A DNA stretch of 64,000 nucleotides, taken from NCBI GenBank assembly GCA_963787935.1, contig CAWBEV010000002.1, forward strand, positions 4,563 to 68,562, written 5' to 3'. This document shows positions 1 through 14,691 of the stretch, one piece after another. Position numbers and translations under genes: made by a program. Below the pieces are notes generated by a model. The model had not been told where the DNA came from and did no database searches. It was given only the letters and a program-made list of their open reading frames with translations. Source of the stretch: an uncultured Actinomycetes bacterium (GTDB lineage Bacteria > Actinomycetota > Thermoleophilia > Solirubrobacterales > Solirubrobacteraceae). Every line of letters begins with the position of its first letter. Within the stretch, counting starts at the first letter, position 1.

Positions 1-1658
<1,658 letters not shown>

Positions 1659-1693
1659 GGCGGCGGCCTGGCCAAGCTACCGTGACGCGCCCG

Positions 1694-2733
1694 ATGCCGC
1701 CGACCGCCGCCGATCATCGATCCCCACGCGGGACCGCCCGGCGTACCTCGACGTCGCGCTCGCCTCGATCGCCCCGCAGGCCGCCGCCGCGCGGCGCCGA
1801 GATCCTCGTCGTCGACGACGGCCGCGACGCCGCGACGCGCGCGGTCGCCGAGCGCTACGGCGCCCGCTACGTCGCCCGCGACCGCCGGCGCGCGGCCTGA
1901 ACGCCGCGCGCAACACCGGGATCGACGCAGACCGACGCGCACGCTGCTCGTCTTCGTCGACGACGACGTCGCCGTCCGCGACGGCTGGCTCGCCGCGCTG
2001 CTCGACGCCGCCGCCGCGCTGCCGGACGACGTCGGCGTGCTCACCGGGCCGATCCGCGCGCGCGTCGAGGACCACCGCTTCCCGCGCTGCGGGCGCGAGC
2101 GCGGCCCCGTCACCGAGCAGGACTTCGGCCCGCCGGACGCCGACTGCCCGCACGCCTGGGGCGCGAACCTCGCGATCCGCCGCCGGCGCTCGAGCGCGTC
2201 GGGCCGTTCGACCCCGCGCTCTCCGGCGGCGGCGACGAGGAGGAGTGGGAGCGCGCGCTGGACTGGCCGCCGGCGGGCGGATCCGCTACATCGCCGGCGG
2301 CCGGCGTCGACCACCGCCGCGCGGGCGACGACGCGCGGCTGCGCGTCGCTGTGCCGCGCGGCGCGCGACTGCGCGGGCGCGAGAGCCGGCGCGTACGACG
2401 AGCGCCGCGGCAGCGGCGCCGCGCGTGCGCGCCGAGCTGCGCACGCTCGCCGGCTGCGCGCTGCACGGCCCGCGCGTCGCTGCGCATGGGCCCGGTCATG
2501 ACCTGGCACAGCCTCGGGCGCCTCGAGGCCGCGCTGCGCGCCGGCGCCGCCGCCGCCCGGCGACCGCCCGGGGTCGACGACTTCCTCTCGGGCCGCAGCG
2601 GCGACCGTCGGCGGGCGCCGCGCGCTGCTCGCGCGTGCTGCGCGACGCGCTGGCTCGACCTGCGCGCTGCGCTGTCCTCGCGGCGGCGCCGGCGCCTGGA
2701 CCGCGCCGGCCGCGCGCGCCGCCGCGCCGGCGC
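1694..2733 (+). pseudogene. Glycosyltransferase family 2 (GT-A), frame broken; 3' boundary approximate
   Basis: IPTRDRPAYLDVALASIAPQ (frame of ORF 1639), AEILVVDDGRDAATRAVAERYGARYV (frame of ORF 1010) and WGANLAIRR (ORF 2037) are GT2 signatures spread over three frames. ATG at 1694. Confidence 0.65.
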
Positions 2734-3382
2734 GTGCTCGTCCTGGCGATCGAGCGCGACGACGTCGCGCCGGGTGCGCTCGACGGCGCGCGCGCCGAGC
2801 TGCGCCGCTCGCGCCACGACGTCGAGCATCGTCGTCGCGCGCCGGCCACGAGCGCCGGGAAGTTCGAGCACCTCAACGCGCTGCTCGCCGGCGCGCGACC
2901 TGGTCAGCGCTACGACTGGCTGCTCGTGCTCGACGACGACGTCGACCTGCCGCGCGGCTTCCTCGACCGCTTCCTCGCCGCGGCCGAGGGCGCGGGCCTG
3001 CAGCTCGCCCAGCCCGCGCACCGGCTGCACTCGCACGCGGCCTGGGACGTGACGCGCCGCGTCCCGGGCGCGATCGCGCGCGAGACGACGTTCGTCGAGA
3101 TCGGCCCGGTGACCGCGTTCGCGCGCGCGACGTTCGCCGCGCTGCTGCCGTTCCCGCGACCTGCGCATGGGCTGGGGCCTCGACGCGCACTGGTCGGCGC
3201 TCGCCGCGCGAGCACGGCTGGCGCGATCGGCATCGTCGACGCCACGCCCGTCGGCCACACGCTGCGCCCGGCCGCGGCGACCTACCCGCGCGAGGCGGCG
3301 ATCGCCGAGGCGCGCGCGTTCCTCGCCGGGCGCCCGTACGTGACGCCGCGACGAGGTCCGCACGCTGGCGGTCCACCGGTGA
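2734..3382 (+). pseudogene. Glycosyltransferase-like protein (GT-A fold with DxD), frame broken near 3155-3215; could alternatively be the C-terminal half of the preceding gene
   Basis: VLVLAIERDD...GKFEHLNALLAG...YDWLLVLDDDVDLPRGFLDRFLAAAEGAGLQLAQPAH...FVEIGPVTAF in the frame of ORF 1639. Candidate GTG at 2734. Stop overlaps the next start (GTGA at 3379-3382). Confidence 0.5.
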
Positions 3383-4587
3383 AGGTCGCCGTCGTCGCCG
3401 AGTTCTACCCGCGCGCGCGACGACCCGGTGCTCGGCATCTGGGCGCACGAGCAGGCGCGCGCCGCGCAGGCGGCCGGCGCCGAGGTGCACGTCGTCGTGC
3501 TGCACCGGATCGTCCCGCCGGCGGCGACGCCGCGGCCGCGAGCGCTGCCCGGCGCGGCGCTGCGCGCTCGCGCGCCAGCCGCGGCGCGCTCGATGCTCGA
3601 CGGCGATCCCGGTGACGTACGTGCGCTACGTCTCGCCGCCGAAGGGCCGCGCGTACGGGTCGCTGGGGCGCGTGGGCGGCGCCGGCGCTCGGCGTCGCGC
3701 TGCGGCGCCTGCGGCGCGCAGTTCCCGTTCGACCTCGTCCACGCGCACAACGCCGTGCCCGCCGCCGACGCGGTGCTGCGCGCCGGCGTCGCGCGCACCG
3801 CTCGTCGATCTCCGAGCACGGCGCCGACGTCTTCCACACCGCGGTGCGCCACCCCGACGGGCGCCGCGGCGATCGAGCGCGCGTTCGGCGCGCGCGCGGC
3901 TCGTGCTCGCCAACAGCGACGGGATCGCGCCGCGCCGCGCAGGAGCTCGGCGCCCGGCGACACGCGCGTCGTGCACCTCGGGCACCGACCTGCCGCGCGC
4001 GCGCGCCGCGGCACCGCGCGAGCCGCCGACGCTCGTGACCGTCGCCCACCTCGTCGCGCGCAAGCGCCACGCCGACGTCCTGCGCGCGCTCTGGGCGCTG
4101 CGCGAGCGCCACCCGGACCTGCGCTACCTCGTCATCGGCGACGGCCCCGAGCGCGAGCGCGCTCGAGCGCGCTCGCCGCGCGAGCTCGGGCTCGAGGACC
4201 GCGTCGAGTTCACCGGCCAGCTCGCCGCACGCCGAGGCGCTCGAGCGCGCGCGCGCGCTGCCACGCTGTTCGTCATGCCGAGCGTCGACGAGGCGTTCGG
4301 CGTCGCCTACGTCGAGGCGATGGCCGGCTGGGTGCCCGGCGATCGGCGCGCTCGGCGAGCCCGGCCCGGCGGAGATCGCCGCGCGCTCGGCGACGGGCAT
4401 CCGGCTCGTGCCGCCCGGGCGACGTCGAGCTGCTCGCCGCGACGATCGACGCGCTCGCTCGACGACCCCGGCGTTCCTGCGCGAGCTCGGCGCGCCGCGC
4501 GCGGGCGACCGTCGAGCGCCTCGTTCACGTGGGAGGCCTGCGGCCGCGCGACGGTCGCCGCCTACGAGGAGGCGCTGCGCGCGGTGA
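3379..4587 (+). pseudogene. Glycosyltransferase family 4, frame broken repeatedly
   Basis: VKVAVVAEFYPRAR / LGIWAHEQARAAQAAGAEVHVVVLHRIVPP / PVTYVRYVSPPKGRAYGS / FPFDLVHAHNAVPAAD / TLVTVAHLVARKRHADVLRALWALRERHPDLRYLVIGDGPERE / LFVMPSVDEAFGVAYVEAMA occur in successively +1-shifted frames. Confidence 0.75.
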
Positions 4588-5697
4588 GCGACCGGCCCGT
4601 CCTGCTCGTCACGAACCACGTGCCCGCCCGACCGCGTGCCGCGCGCTGCGCGCGCTGCACGAGCGCGCAGGGCCTCGAGGTCGCGCTCTTCGACGGGCGC
4701 CTGCACCACGCGACCGGCGGCGTCGACGGACCCCGGCGTCCCGCACCGGCGCATCCCCAGCGCGAGGCGTCACGCGCTCGCGGCGAGCGGGCGCCACCGC
4801 GCGGTGATCGCCACGAGCGCCGGGCGCGTCGCGCTGCCCGCCGCCTTCCTCGGCGCGCGCCGCGCCGGCGTCCCGTTCCTCTACTGGACGGGCATCTGGG
4901 CGCAGGTCGCGCACGCCCGCGCACCTCGCGGCGATCCCGCTGATGCGCTGCGATCGAGCGCCGCGCCGACGCGCGTCGATCACCTACGGCGACGCACGTC
5001 AGCCGCGTACGCTCGCGCGCGCACGGCGCGCGCAACGTGCATCGTCGCGCCGCAGGCCGGTCGACGGCGCCTTCTGGGCGCGCCGCGGCCGACGCGGCGC
5101 GGCCGCGCGCGCGCGCGCGCCGGCGACCCGCGCTTCCTCGCCCTGTACGCCGGCGCGCGACGCGCCGGGGAAGGGCGTGGACGTGCTGCTCGACGCCTGG
5201 CGTGCGACCGGCCTGCGCGCGCCCGAGGCGCCGTCGCTCGCGCTCGCCGGCGTCGCCGCCGAGCGAGGTCGCCGGATGCGCCGGCGCGTCGTCGCGCTCG
5301 GGCACGCTCGAGCCCGGAGCGAACTGCGCAACTTCTACGCCGCCGCGGACGTTCTCGTGGTGCCGTCGGTGCCCACGCGCAGCCTTCCGCGAGCCGTGGG
5401 CGCTGGTGGTCAACGAGGCCATGTACCAGCGCACCCCGATCATCGCCACCGACGCCGTCGGCGCCGCCGCCGGGCGGCCTCGTGCGCGACGGCGAGACCG
5501 GCCTCGTCGTCCCCGCCGGCGACCCCGCCGCGCTCGCCGCGCGCGATCGAGCGCCTGCGCGCGCGACGCGGCGCTGCGCGCGCGCCTCGGCGCGGCGGGC
5601 GCCGCGGCGGTCGCGCCGCGTACACCCCCGAGGCCTGGGCGGACGGGGTCTGCGGCGGCGCTGCGCGACGCGTCTCCGCGGCCGAGGCGCCTGCTAG
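4584..5697 (+). pseudogene. Glycosyltransferase family 4, frame broken
   Basis: SDRPVLLVTNHVP, GVPFLYWTGIWAQV, VVNEAMYQRTPIIATDAVGAAAG and GGLVRDGETGLVVPAGDPAALA (the EX7E-region idiom of GT4) lie in different plus frames. Candidate GTG at 4584, TAG at 5695-5697. Confidence 0.7.
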
Positions 5698-5736
5698 CGT
5701 CGCGCCACGGTCCGCTGCGCCGCCTTCTCGTGCCAC

Positions 5737-6278
5737 GTGCTGCTGCTGGCGTGCTCCTGGTCGCGCCCGCCGGTCGCGCAGGCCGACTACCAGGAACTCC
5801 TGAAGGACGCCTGCCGCGACGAGCACGTCAACGGCACGTACAGCGCAGAAGGACTACCGCGACGCGCTCGCCAACATCCCGGCCGACGCCGACCAGTACA
5901 CGAACTGCCGCGACGTGCTGCGCGCCGCCCAGCTCGCCGCCGCGGGCGCCGCAGGCCGGCGGGCCGGCACGGGCTCGGCGCCGCGTCGAGCAACGCGACC
6001 ACCGTCGCGCTGGCCGCGCCGGCGACCCGCTGGCGACCGCGACGCCGACCGAGAAGGCGGCGGTGACGCAGGCCGCGCAAGCAGGGCGGCTCCGGCCGTG
6101 ACGGTCGGCGGCAAGGTCGTCGAGCCGAGCACGCTCGGCGCCGGGCCGCGCCGTCGCCGCCGGCCTCTCCGACCTGCCCGCGCCGCTGCTCGCCGCGCTC
6201 GCGCCTGCTCGTGCTGCTCGGGCTCGGCGCGATCGCCTTCGTCCTCGTCCCGCGTGTCCGCGCCCGTCGTCAACTCCT
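5737..6278 (+). pseudogene. Hypothetical secreted/membrane-anchored Cys-containing protein, frame broken
   Basis: Signal-like MLLLACSWSRPPVAQA, then DYQELLKDACRDEHVNGTYS...DQYTNCRDVLRAAQLAAAG. A C-terminal hydrophobic helix LLVLLGLGAIAFVLV followed by PRVRARR lies in another frame. No family recognised. Confidence 0.4.
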
Positions 6279-6289
6279 GACCTGCTCGC

Positions 6290-8431
6290 GCCGCGCCCGC
6301 CGCGCCGCGCCGCGCCGCGCGGCGCGCCGGTTCTCGGCGGCGCGTCGAGCCCGCTGCTGACGCTCGCGTTCGGCGCGGCGCTCGTCGGCCGTCGCGCTCG
6401 GTGCCGACGGCGGCCTGCAGCTGCAGCCGCTGACGACGCGTCGAGATCGTCCTCGACCTCGTCGCCGGCGTCCTCGTGCGTCGCCGGCGTGCTCGCCGGC
6501 CGCGCGGCGCGCCGCGCCCTGGGGCGGCGTGACGCTCGCGCTGTTCGCCGCGTTCGCGATCCTCACCGGCCTCTCGATCATCTGGGCGATCGACCCGTCG
6601 GCCGCCTGGGTCGAGGCGAACCGGACGCTCACCGCGCGTCGGCGTCCTCGCGACCGGCATCGCGCTCGTGCGCCTCGCTCCGGGCCGCTGGCGCGCGCTG
6701 CTCGGCGGCGTGCTGCTCGCGGCGCTCGTCGTCAGCGGGTACGCGCTGCTGACGAAGGTCTTCCCCGCGCTGGCTCGCCGCGGACGAGACCTACGCGCGG
6801 CTGCGCGAGCCGTTCGAGTACTGGAACGCCGTCGGGCTGATGGCGGCGCTCGGGCTGCCGCCTGCGTCTGGCTCGGCGCGCGGCGCGACGGGCACGCCGG
6901 GCTCGCGGCGCTCGCCTACCCGGCGACTCGGCGTGCTGTTCGTCGCCGATCCTGCTCGCCTACTCGCGCGGCGCGCTGCTCGCCGCCGTCATCGGCCTGG
7001 GCCTGTGGTTCGCCGTCGCGCCGCTGCGCCTGCGCGGCGCCTGCGTGCTGCTGCCGAGCGCTCGCTGCTCGGCGGCCTGGTGGGCGCCTGGGCCTTCGGC
7101 CAGGACGGGCTCTCGCAAGGACCAGATCGCGCTGCTGCGCTGCGCTCGAACGCCGGGCACCGAGCTCGGCGTGGCACTCGTCGGCGCTGATCGTGCTGCT
7201 CCTGCTGACCGGGCTCTGGGCGAACTGGCTGCGCGATCGGCGCGTCTGGCCGCAGCGCACCCGCCGCGCCTGGGGCATCGCGCTGCTCGTGGCGCTCGCG
7301 CTCGTCCCGGTCGCGATCGCCGCCACGCTGGCGACGACCGACCGCGGCCTCGGCGGGAGCGTCTCGCAGGGCCTGGACCGACCTCACCGACCCGAACGCG
7401 AACACGCCGAAGAACGACCCGAGCCGCCTGACCGCGATCGGCAGCGTGCGCGCGCGCTACTGGCGCGATGCGATCGACGTGCTTCGAGGCGCGGCCCGCC
7501 GTCGGCGTCGGCGCGGGCGGCTACGCGACCGCGCGCCTGCGCTTCCGCAGCGACGACCTCGACGTCCTGCATGCGCACGGCTACCTCGTGCAGACCGGCG
7601 CGGACCTCGGGCATCGTCGGGCTCGCGCTGACGCTCGCGCTGCTCGCCGCGTGGCTCGCCGCCGCCGTCCGCACCACCGGCCCTGGCGCGGGCCGGACCG
7701 CCGGCCGGCGAGCGACGCCGAGCGCATCGGCCTGCTGACGCTCGGCGCCGTCGTCGTCGTCTTCGGCGTCCATTCGCTCGTCGACTGGACGTGGTTCATC
7801 CCCGGCACGGTCGTGCCCGCCGCTGCTGTGCGCGGGCTGGGTCGCCGGCGCGCGGACCGTCCCGCGAGACGTTTGCACTCGCCGGCGGCGCCGCGCGCGC
7901 CTGCGGCGCAACGTCCGCACCCGTATCGCGTGCTCGCCGCGGTCGCTCGTCGTCGGCCTCGCGCTGACGGCCGCCTGGTCGGCCACGCGCCCGCAGGCCG
8001 CCGTCGACCGCGCCGACGAGGCGCTCGCCGCGCTGGCCGACGGCAACGTCGCAGCAGGCCCGCGCGCTCGCGCTGCAGGCCTCGGACATCGACCCGCTGT
8101 CGGTCGAGCCGCTGTTCGCGCTCGCCGAGGTCGAGGCCGCCTCCGGGCACCCGGCCGCGGCGCGCGCCACGCTCGAGCGGGCGGTCCGCCTCCAGCCCGC
8201 GAACGCCGAGCCGCCTGGATCCGCCTCGCCCAGTACGACTGCTCGGCCAGGGCGACGCGGCCGCCGCGCTCGCCGCGATCCGCCCGGCGCTGTACCTCGA
8301 CGCCGCGCTCGACCGCCGCGCAGGCGATCTACCTCGCCGCCTTCCGGCAGGTCAACGCGCCGAAGCCGGTGCCGAAGAAGGCCAAGAAGAAGGCCAAGGC
8401 GTCGAACGGCAAGGGTGCCGAAACGCCATGA
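6290..8431 (+). pseudogene. O-antigen ligase/polymerase-like (Wzy_C-type) polytopic membrane protein with C-terminal TPR-like region, frame broken many times; start approximate
   Basis: LFAAFAILTGLSIIWAIDPSAAWVEANRTL, EPFEYWNAVGL, LAYSRGALLAAVIGLGLWFAV, GAGGYATARLRFRSDDLDVLHAHGYLVQTGADLG, LLTLGAVVVVFGVHSLVDWTWFIPG, then ATLERAVRLQPANAEP (TPR-like). Lys-rich tail ends at TGA 8429-8431. Confidence 0.65.
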
Positions 8432-8546
8432 AGCACGCGGCCGATCTGCGCGTTCGGCACAGACACTCGGTCGCGTGTCCGTAAGCAGTCCAGCACCGAA
8501 GGAGCGCGGCGCCCCGCGCCGCGCCGCCGATCGGCGGCATCTGGCG

Positions 8547-10911
8547 ATGGCCGGCGCGGTGGTCCTGCTCGCCGCAACATGCGCCACGGTGCTCATGCTC
8601 CCGGCTCCGTTTCCGGGACATGTCGTCAGCTCGAACGATCTGATCCGTCAGTTCGCGCCGTTCGCAGACGCCGGTTCTGCGGCGAACTACCAGATGACCG
8701 ATCCGGCGCAGGTGTTCCGGCCCGACCTGTTCTGGGCGCGCGACGAGGTTCGCTCGGGGCACCTGCCGACGTGGTCACCACTGGTGTTCGCGGGCTGGCC
8801 GCTCCTGGCGTCACAGCAGGCGGCCCCGCTGTACCCCATCTCCGCGCTCAGTTACGTGCTGCCGTTCGCGGCCTCGATCGCCTGGGGGATCATCGCGCTC
8901 CTGGTGCTCGCGACGCTGGGCGTGTTCCTGTTCGCGCGCTCGCTCGGACTGGGTCCTGCGCCCGCAGCTCTCGCCGGCATCGCGTACGGGCTGAGTGCTC
9001 CGATGGTCGTTTGGTCGCTGCACCCGCACAGTCACGTCCACGCAACGCTCGGTTGGATGCTGCTGGGCGTGCAGGGTTCAGTGCGCGGCCGCCGCTGGGG
9101 AATCCCCGTGCTCGCGGCGGCAATTGCCTGCGCGGTGCTGGGCGGCCATCCGCAGAGCGTCCTCATCGACGGCCTGTTCGTCGTGGCATGGAGCGTCATC
9201 GCGGTCATCCGGGCTCCGCGTCGCGTGCAGGCCGGTGGCCGGCTGCTCGCCGGGGCGGCCCTGGGGTTCATGGCGGGAGCGGTCGTGCTGCTGCCACTCG
9301 CGGAAATGCTCGGGCAGACTGGGGTTGCTGAGCGCGGCGGATATCCTGGCCCGCGGCTGGGAGCGCTCTCGACGCTCGCGTTCCCGGACCTCTGGGGTCG
9401 CCCTGACTGGTCGTGGTCGACGGACCCGCCCGGGCTGCTGAATTACCTGGAGCGCAATCCATTCGTCGGCATCGTCCCGCTGATCGTCGCCGTGGTCGGC
9501 CTCGCCGTGCGCCGGGACTGGTTGCGGTGGTGCTTTGTCGCAGGCGCACTCGTCGCCGTCGTGCTGGCCTTCGACGTTCCGGGGGTCTCGGCGTGGCTCG
9601 TGGCGCAGTGGCCGCTGCGGCTGGCATCGATCGCGCGCGCGATGGTGTTGCTCTCGCTGTGCGTGGCGATGCTCGCCGGGCTCGGTCTGCAGGCGCTGCT
9701 CGACGACCCGGGCGCGCTGCGCCGGCGTTCTGTTCAGGCCGTGACACTCGTCGTGGTCTTCGCACCCGCCGTCTGGATCATCGCTCGGTACCAGCCCGGT
9801 GGGGGCCTGGACGGAGCGGAGGCTTCCTGCCGGGGTTCGGACGGCCGGCCGACGGCCAGCAGGCCACCGCTGCGGCACTCACGCGTTGGGTGCTGACCGC
9901 CGCGATCGTCGTGGTGCTGCTCGTGGTCCTTGCTCGTGCCGAGCGGCTGAGGGCGCGGACGTCGGTGCGCTGATCGTGACAGTTGCCGCGGTCGCGCTCG
10001 CGGCCGGCTGGCACGGTTTTCTCCCGGTACTGCCGACGGCCGTGGCCGACCTGCCAGCGACGCCCGCCCTCCGCGAACTCGTCGCCGGACAGGGGACCGA
10101 CCGAGGGACGGCCGGAGGGGCGATCGGCGGTCCGCAGGTGCTGGTGCCGAACACCGGCGAGTACTTCGGACTGCGCGACCCGCGCGGGCGCGGGGTCCCG
10201 ACCCTCGACCGCACCATGCGAGCCTGGGGGGCACTCGGTGGCGCCGCCGGCGCGAACCTCGCGTTCGTCGACCCATCCGATCCCGCGGCGGCCCGTGTCC
10301 TGCGCGTCTTCGGAGTTCGGAGCGCCATGGTGACGCACGGCGCTCCGCGCCCTGCTCAGTCGACACTCGTACACGCCGGCCGGGATGCCGATGTCTACGC
10401 ACTGCGCGGGACACTGCCGCGGGCGTCATTCACATGCCGCTGGGACGTTGCGCCATCGAAGGACGCGGCCCATGCGGCGCTCGATCGGGCAACCGTCAGC
10501 GGGTTGCGCGAGCGCCCGATCGTCGAAGCGGCGCCGTCGCCGGCCGGATGCACGACGCCGGCGACGGCGGCTCAGATCATCCGCGACGAGGCCACACGGG
10601 TCACCATCGACGTCGTCGCTCCGACAGGCGGCCGCGTCGTACTGCGCGATACGTACTACCCGGGCTGGCGCGCCACCGTCGATGGTCGGCCGGTGCCGAT
10701 CGCGCCCACCGACGTCGCCTTCCGCTCGATTCCCGTCCCGGCCGGCCGCCACCACGTCGAGTTTCGCTATGCCCCTTCGAGCGTGCGCAGGGGCCTCGTC
10801 CTGAGCGGACTGGCCTGGGCGGGCATCCTCGTTCTTGCGGCCTGGGCGATCGCGGGTCGGCGGCTGCGGACCCCTCGCGGCTCGGGCGGAACGTTGCGAG
10901 AAGTCCCCTAG
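8547..10911 (+). pseudogene. YfhO-like polytopic membrane protein (putative glycosyl-modifying membrane protein); two frame breaks near 9830 and 9960, or two adjacent genes
   Basis: ORF 8415..9896 has multiple TM helices after MAGAVVLLAATCATVLML, plus DLIRQFAPF...GHLPTWSPLVFAGWPLLASQQAAPLYP. ORF 9799..10911 ends with RDTYYPGWRATVDGRPVPIAPTDVAFRSIPVPAGRHHVEFRYAP and a final TM, the YfhO C-terminal idiom. Confidence 0.6.
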
Positions 10912-11516
10912 CGCGCGACGGCCTGCAGCGCCGCCCGCGCCCAGGGCGGTCCACCGACCGCGGCGACGCGCACGTCGGCGAACCCGGCCGCCGTCAGCAG
11001 CTCGCGCAGCGTGCCCGCGGTGAAGAACCGCAGGTGATCGGCGCGCGGGTCCAGCCGCGCCTCGAGCGGTGCGCCGCGCAGCGCCTCGAGCGCGACCCCG
11101 AGCCGCGGGAGGTTCGGGGTCGTCACGAGCAGCGTGCCGCCCCAGCGCAGGACGCGGCGCACCTCGGCGAGGAGCCCCGTGACATCGGCGACGTGCTCGA
11201 GCGTCTCACCGCACCACACGACGTCGAACGCGTCCTCGGCGAACGGCAGCCGGGCGCCCTCGGCCACGGCGACGAGCGTCGCCTGCGGCGCCCGCTCGCG
11301 CGCGCGGCGCAGCGCCTCGCGCGCGACGTCCGCGCCCGTCACCTGCGCGCCGGCGCCGAGCGCCGCAGCCGCGAACGCCCCGTCCCCGCAGCCGAGGTCC
11401 AGCAGCCGCGTCCCGGGCGCCACGTGCGCGAGCAGGAACGCGCGGCGCTCGGAGAGGCGCTCGGGCTCGGCGCCCTCCGGCATCGCCGCCCAGACCGCCT
11501 CGCGCCAGTCCTCCAC
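10908..11516 (-). CDS. Class I SAM-dependent methyltransferase
   Basis: Tail of ORF 10908..12755: RLLDLGCGDGAFAAAALGAGAQVTGADV (motif I), FDVVWCGETLEHV, LRWGGTLLVTTPN. GTG start at 11516, 12 nt downstream of the upstream gene's stop (11528). Confidence 0.85.
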   Translation of the reverse strand: MEDWREAVWAAMPEGAEPERLSERRAFLLAHVAPGTRLLDLGCGDGAFAAAALGAGAQVTGADVAREALRRARERAPQATLVAVAEGARLPFAEDAFDVVWCGETLEHVADVTGLLAEVRRVLRWGGTLLVTTPNLPRLGVALEALRGAPLEARLDPRADHLRFFTAGTLRELLTAAGFADVRVAAVGGPPWARAALQAVAR

Positions 11517-11527
11517 GCGCGGTCGGC

Positions 11528-13077
11528 TTAGAACGCGCCGCGGCCCCGGAGCACCGCGGGGATCGTCTTCACGAGGATCGAGAGGTCGAGTGAGACCGAC
11601 CAGTGCTCGAGGTAGAGGAAGTCGAGGCGCACGAGATCGTCGAAGTCGAGCTCCGAACGGCCCGAGACCTGCCAGAGCCCGGTGATCCCCGGCAGCACGA
11701 GATAGCGCTTGCGATGCCAGTCCTCGAGCCGATCGAAGTCGCGCTGGGGCAGCGGGCGCGGGCCGACGAGCGACATCTCGCCGCGCACGACGTTCCACAG
11801 CTGCGGCAGCTCGTCGAGCGAGAAGCGCCGCAGCGTCCGGCCGACCGGGGTCACGCGCGGGTCCGTCGCGGATCTTGAACAGCGGGCCGTCGGCCTCGTT
11901 GTGCTGCTCGAGCTCGGCCTGGCGCTCGTGGGCGTCCGCGTACATCGTGCGGAACTTCAGGCAGTCGAACTGCGTGCCGCCGATGCCCGGGCGCCGCGAG
12001 CGGTAGAGCACCGGCCCGCGCGAGGTGATCCGCACGCCGATCGCGATCGCGAGCAGCAGCGGGCTGAGGATCAGCAGCAGCAGGAGCGATCCGATGACGT
12101 CGAACGTGCGCTTCACGAGCGCAGTCGAACGCCCTCGAACACCGGCGAGCGCAGCTCGAACAGCGGGACCGCCTCGCCCGGGCACGAACTCCGCGCGGTG
12201 CACGAGGATCTCCATCGTCGAGGGCGCGACCCGCACCCGCACGCCGCGGCGGTGGCACGCGTCGACGAGCTCCACGGCCTGCTGCTGCGGGAACGCCGGG
12301 TCGGCGATGATCACCTCGTCGATCGCGTCGCGCTCGATGACCGCGGGGAGGTCGTCGAGCGCGCCGAGCGAGCGCATCCCGTTGTCGGGGCGCGGCGAGA
12401 GCGAGATGAAGCCGACGACCTCGATCGGCGAGGGCACCGGGCCCCCGTTCAGCGCGTGGGCGACGGCATCGATGTGCTGGCCGGTGCCGACGAGCACCGC
12501 GCGGCGGTGGTAGCCCGCGGCGCGCAGGATCCGGCCGCTGATCGCGTCGTAGGCGAAGCGCAGCCCGCCGACGATCAGGATCGAGAAGATCAGCGAGCCC
12601 CAGAAGATGTAGTAGCTCTGGAAGTCCTGGCCGTCGACCTTCGCGTAGAGGAGCGCGACGATGGTCACCGCGAACAGCGACGAGACGACGGCGCGCAGCC
12701 CGGGGCGCGACGCGCGGTCGCCGTAGAGCCCCGAGCGCGCGAACAGCAGCACCATGAGCAGGAACGCCGAACGTCGCGTCGTGGTAGGCCTGGGTCGCGT
12801 TCTCGCTGAACCCCGCGCCGCCGCGCACGAGCGACTTCATCTCGAGCGCGACGAGGATCGCGAGGTAGATGCCGGCCGCGTCGAGCGCGAGCAGCGACAG
12901 CACGCGCGCCGCGCGCCGCAGCGTGTCGAGCTTCAGGAGGAACGACAGCGCCGGCGGGCGCTTGCGCCGCACGTCGTGCTCGAGCGTGCCGACGTCCACC
13001 GCCTCCAGCGACGGGACGCGCCCGGTCGCCTCGGGGGCGGGGACTTCGCGTTCTGTCAGCTCTCGCGCCGTGGCCAT
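11528..13077 (-). pseudogene. Polyprenyl glycosylphosphotransferase (WbaP/exopolysaccharide priming sugar transferase), frame broken near 12750 and 11864
   Basis: N-terminus MATARELTE... in ORF 11851..13077. Middle RTFDVIGSLLLLLILSPLLLAIAIGVRITSRGPVLYRSRRPGIGGTQFDCLKFRTMYADA...DGPLFKIRD in ORF 10908..12755. C-terminus PRVTPVGRTLRRFSLDELPQLWNVVRGEMSLVGPRP...GITGLWQVSGRS in ORF 11528..11854. Confidence 0.88.
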
Positions 13078-13119
13078 CTCCCAGGGTTCAAACGCATCCG
13101 CAGGCCGAACGATGCGCCA

Positions 13120-14070
<951 letters not shown>

Positions 14071-14148
14071 CCTCCAAGCCTAGGCGGTCGCAGCCGCAGA
14101 TGACGGGCGACGACGTGCGACCAGCTGTCGCGATGGCGGCGTTCTAGG

Positions 14149-14691
14149 ATGCCGGGCATGCCCGCACAACCGTTCGTCGAGAAGCTCAACGACCAGATCG
14201 CCAATGAGTATGGCGCCCACCAGCAGTACGTGGCGGCCGCCGTCTACTACGACGCCCAGACCCTGCCGCGACTCGCGGCGTTCTTCTACGCGCAGGCGCT
14301 CGAGGAGCGCAACCACGCGATGATGATGGTCCAGTACCTCCTGGATCAGGGCGTGGATCCGCAGATTCCCGGGGTGGGCGCGCCACAGAACGGCTTTGCG
14401 GACATCGTCGCCCCGGTCCAGCTCGCGCTCGAGCAGGAGCAGCGCGTCACCGACCAGATCAACGCCCTCGCCGGGCTCGCCCGCGAGCACGGCGACTACG
14501 CCGGCGAGCAGTTCATGCAGTGGTTCATCAAGGAGCAGGTCGAGGAGGTCGCCTCGATGTCCGACCTGCTGACCGTCGTGCGCCGCTCGGCGGCGAACCC
14601 GATGCTCGTCGAGGACTGGCTCGCGCGTGAGAAGGCCGCCGGCGAAGGGGAGGACCCGACGGCGCCGGCGCCGGCCGGCGGCGCGGTGTGA
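14149..14691 (+). CDS. Ferritin (non-heme bacterial ferritin family)
   Basis: Intact 180-aa ORF. Ferritin-like helix signatures LNDQIANEYGAHQQY, EERNHAMMMVQYL, EQEQRVTDQI, EQFMQWFIKEQVEE. Alternative start at 14158. Confidence 0.9.
   Translation: MPGMPAQPFVEKLNDQIANEYGAHQQYVAAAVYYDAQTLPRLAAFFYAQALEERNHAMMMVQYLLDQGVDPQIPGVGAPQNGFADIVAPVQLALEQEQRVTDQINALAGLAREHGDYAGEQFMQWFIKEQVEEVASMSDLLTVVRRSAANPMLVEDWLAREKAAGEGEDPTAPAPAGGAV

Noticed and set aside
14071-14148. An IdeR/DtxR iron box upstream of the ferritin gene.
   Set aside because: No match to the TWAGGTWAGSCTWACCTWA-type palindrome. Only a GC palindrome (cgggcatgcccg) overlaps the start codon.
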